Assembly (NCBI GenBank): GCA_030390025.1
Contig: CM059431.1
Span: 149,484,001-149,548,000 of the forward strand
Reading direction: 5' to 3'
DNA from: Squalus acanthias
Taxonomy: Eukaryota
Length of the DNA: 64,000 nucleotides
Below the pieces are notes generated by a model that was not told the DNA's origin, did not search any database, and worked only from the letters and a program-made list of their open reading frames with translations. Position numbers and translations under genes: made by a program. Positions 63,001 to 64,000 of this stretch are shown here, in pieces. Every line of letters begins with the position of its first letter. Positions within the stretch are counted from its first letter, which is position 1.

Positions 63001-64000
63001 AGAGCAGCTCACTCAGCACAGGCCGTGGATGGAGCCTGGGATCTTCCTGCTCGGTGTGTGACTCGGTACCACACGCTGGGACATGAGTTAAAACAGGACA
63101 GGCCGGGATGGATCCTACCTCTTTCCCCTGTTCTGCAGGGCTGAGCACTGCACCGATTCGAATCTGTTAACAGAGCCTGGGTCATTCCTGCTCTGTTTGT
63201 GTTGCTCAGTACCTCAGCGGATGAGAACAAGAGAATACCACAGGACAGGAATTGAATCCGGGACCTTCGTTCTCTTTGTGTGGGTCTCAGTTCCTCAACA
63301 AATGAGATCAACAGAATACCATAGGCCAGAAATGTAACTTGGGCCCTTCGTCTTCTGAGTGTGGGGCTCAGTTCCTCAACAAATGAGAATAACTGGCACA
63401 GTACAGGCCGGGATTGTAAGCTGGACCCATCCTGCTCTGTGTGTGGTGCTCAGTATCACACCGTGTCAGATCAGCTAACATACCACAGGACAGGGAATGA
63501 TCATGTGCCCTTCCTGCACTGTGTGGAGCTCAGTACCTCACCAAATGAGAATAACAGACATAACACAGGCCGGGAATGGAGCCTGGGGCCTCCCTTCTCT
63601 CTGGGTGGAGTTCAGTTCCTCACCCAATGAGAAGAACTGACACAGCACAGGCCGGGAAAGGAGACTTGTCCTATCCTGCACTATGAGGGGCTCAGTAACA
63701 CACCGGGTGACATCGGCTAACACCCCACCAGCACTGGAATGATCCCGGGCCCACCCTGCTCTGTGTGGGACTCAGTACAACACTGGGTGGGTCCAGCTAA
63801 CGCATAACAGGTCCGTGGAATGATCCTGGGCCCATCCTGCTCTGTGTGTGTGGCTCAGTACCTCAGCAAATGAGAACAACAGAATACCACATGCCAGGAA
63901 TGGAACCTGGGCACTTCGTCCTCTGTGCATGGGGTTCAGTTGCTCAACAAATGAGAATAACTGGCACAGCAGAGGCCGGAAATGTAACCTGGGCAATCCA
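30023..64000 (+). repeat. Higher-order macrosatellite of 82-bp and 80-bp monomers with ten interspersed non-monomer cassettes; continues past window end
   Basis: 82-mer tactacaggccgggaatggagcctgggcccatcctgctctgtgtgtggggttcagtacctcacagaatgtgaacaactaaca (32412 and 32494). 80-mer variant at 48961, 49041, 49121. Cassette starts at 30023, 34148, ~38073, 39504, 44039, ~48209, 49804, 54174, 57779, 60008. Confidence 0.95.
60296..60358 (+). other. Representative copy of the repeated exon-like 63-nt segment in the macrosatellite cassette
   Basis: tttcctttgtttgcaaatcAG | 63 nt reading HPVKRTAATPRTTEITTSHR | GTGCGG. Confidence 0.35.

Noticed and set aside
31775..63996. Numerous 60-137-aa Cys/Trp-rich ORFs in the ORF track
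   Set aside because: Translations of 80/82-bp monomers that cycle through frames. No domain is recognisable.
30023..64000. CRISPR-like repeat/spacer array
   Set aside because: Monomers are contiguous and degenerate with no unique spacers between identical repeats. No cas genes, and the context is eukaryotic.

Overview
Eukaryotic, repeat-dominated genomic DNA. The GPCR family and the CR1, Penelope and Deu-SINE repeats are characteristic of a cartilaginous fish (inference). No prokaryotic features. Positions 1-6 kb hold a two-exon GPR139-like rhodopsin-class GPCR locus. Its long 7TM exon (4542-5443) is open, but its first exon is split by a triple-nested Penelope/CR1/Penelope insertion with an 8-bp target duplication. 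A 17 x 27-bp YY1-motif array follows it. Positions 6-30 kb are a mosaic of decayed LINEs (one near-full-length CR1 carrying a Harbinger-like MITE), SINEs, a near-full-length Penelope element with a minimal hammerhead ribozyme, and several minisatellites, two visibly derived from retroelement segments. Positions 30-64 kb are a higher-order macrosatellite: 80-82-bp monomers arranged in ~10-kb units and punctuated ten times by a ~0.6-0.9-kb non-monomer cassette. That cassette contains an AG/GT-bounded 59-63-nt exon-like segment reading as a Thr-rich peptide. Most ORFs in the track are repeat artefacts.
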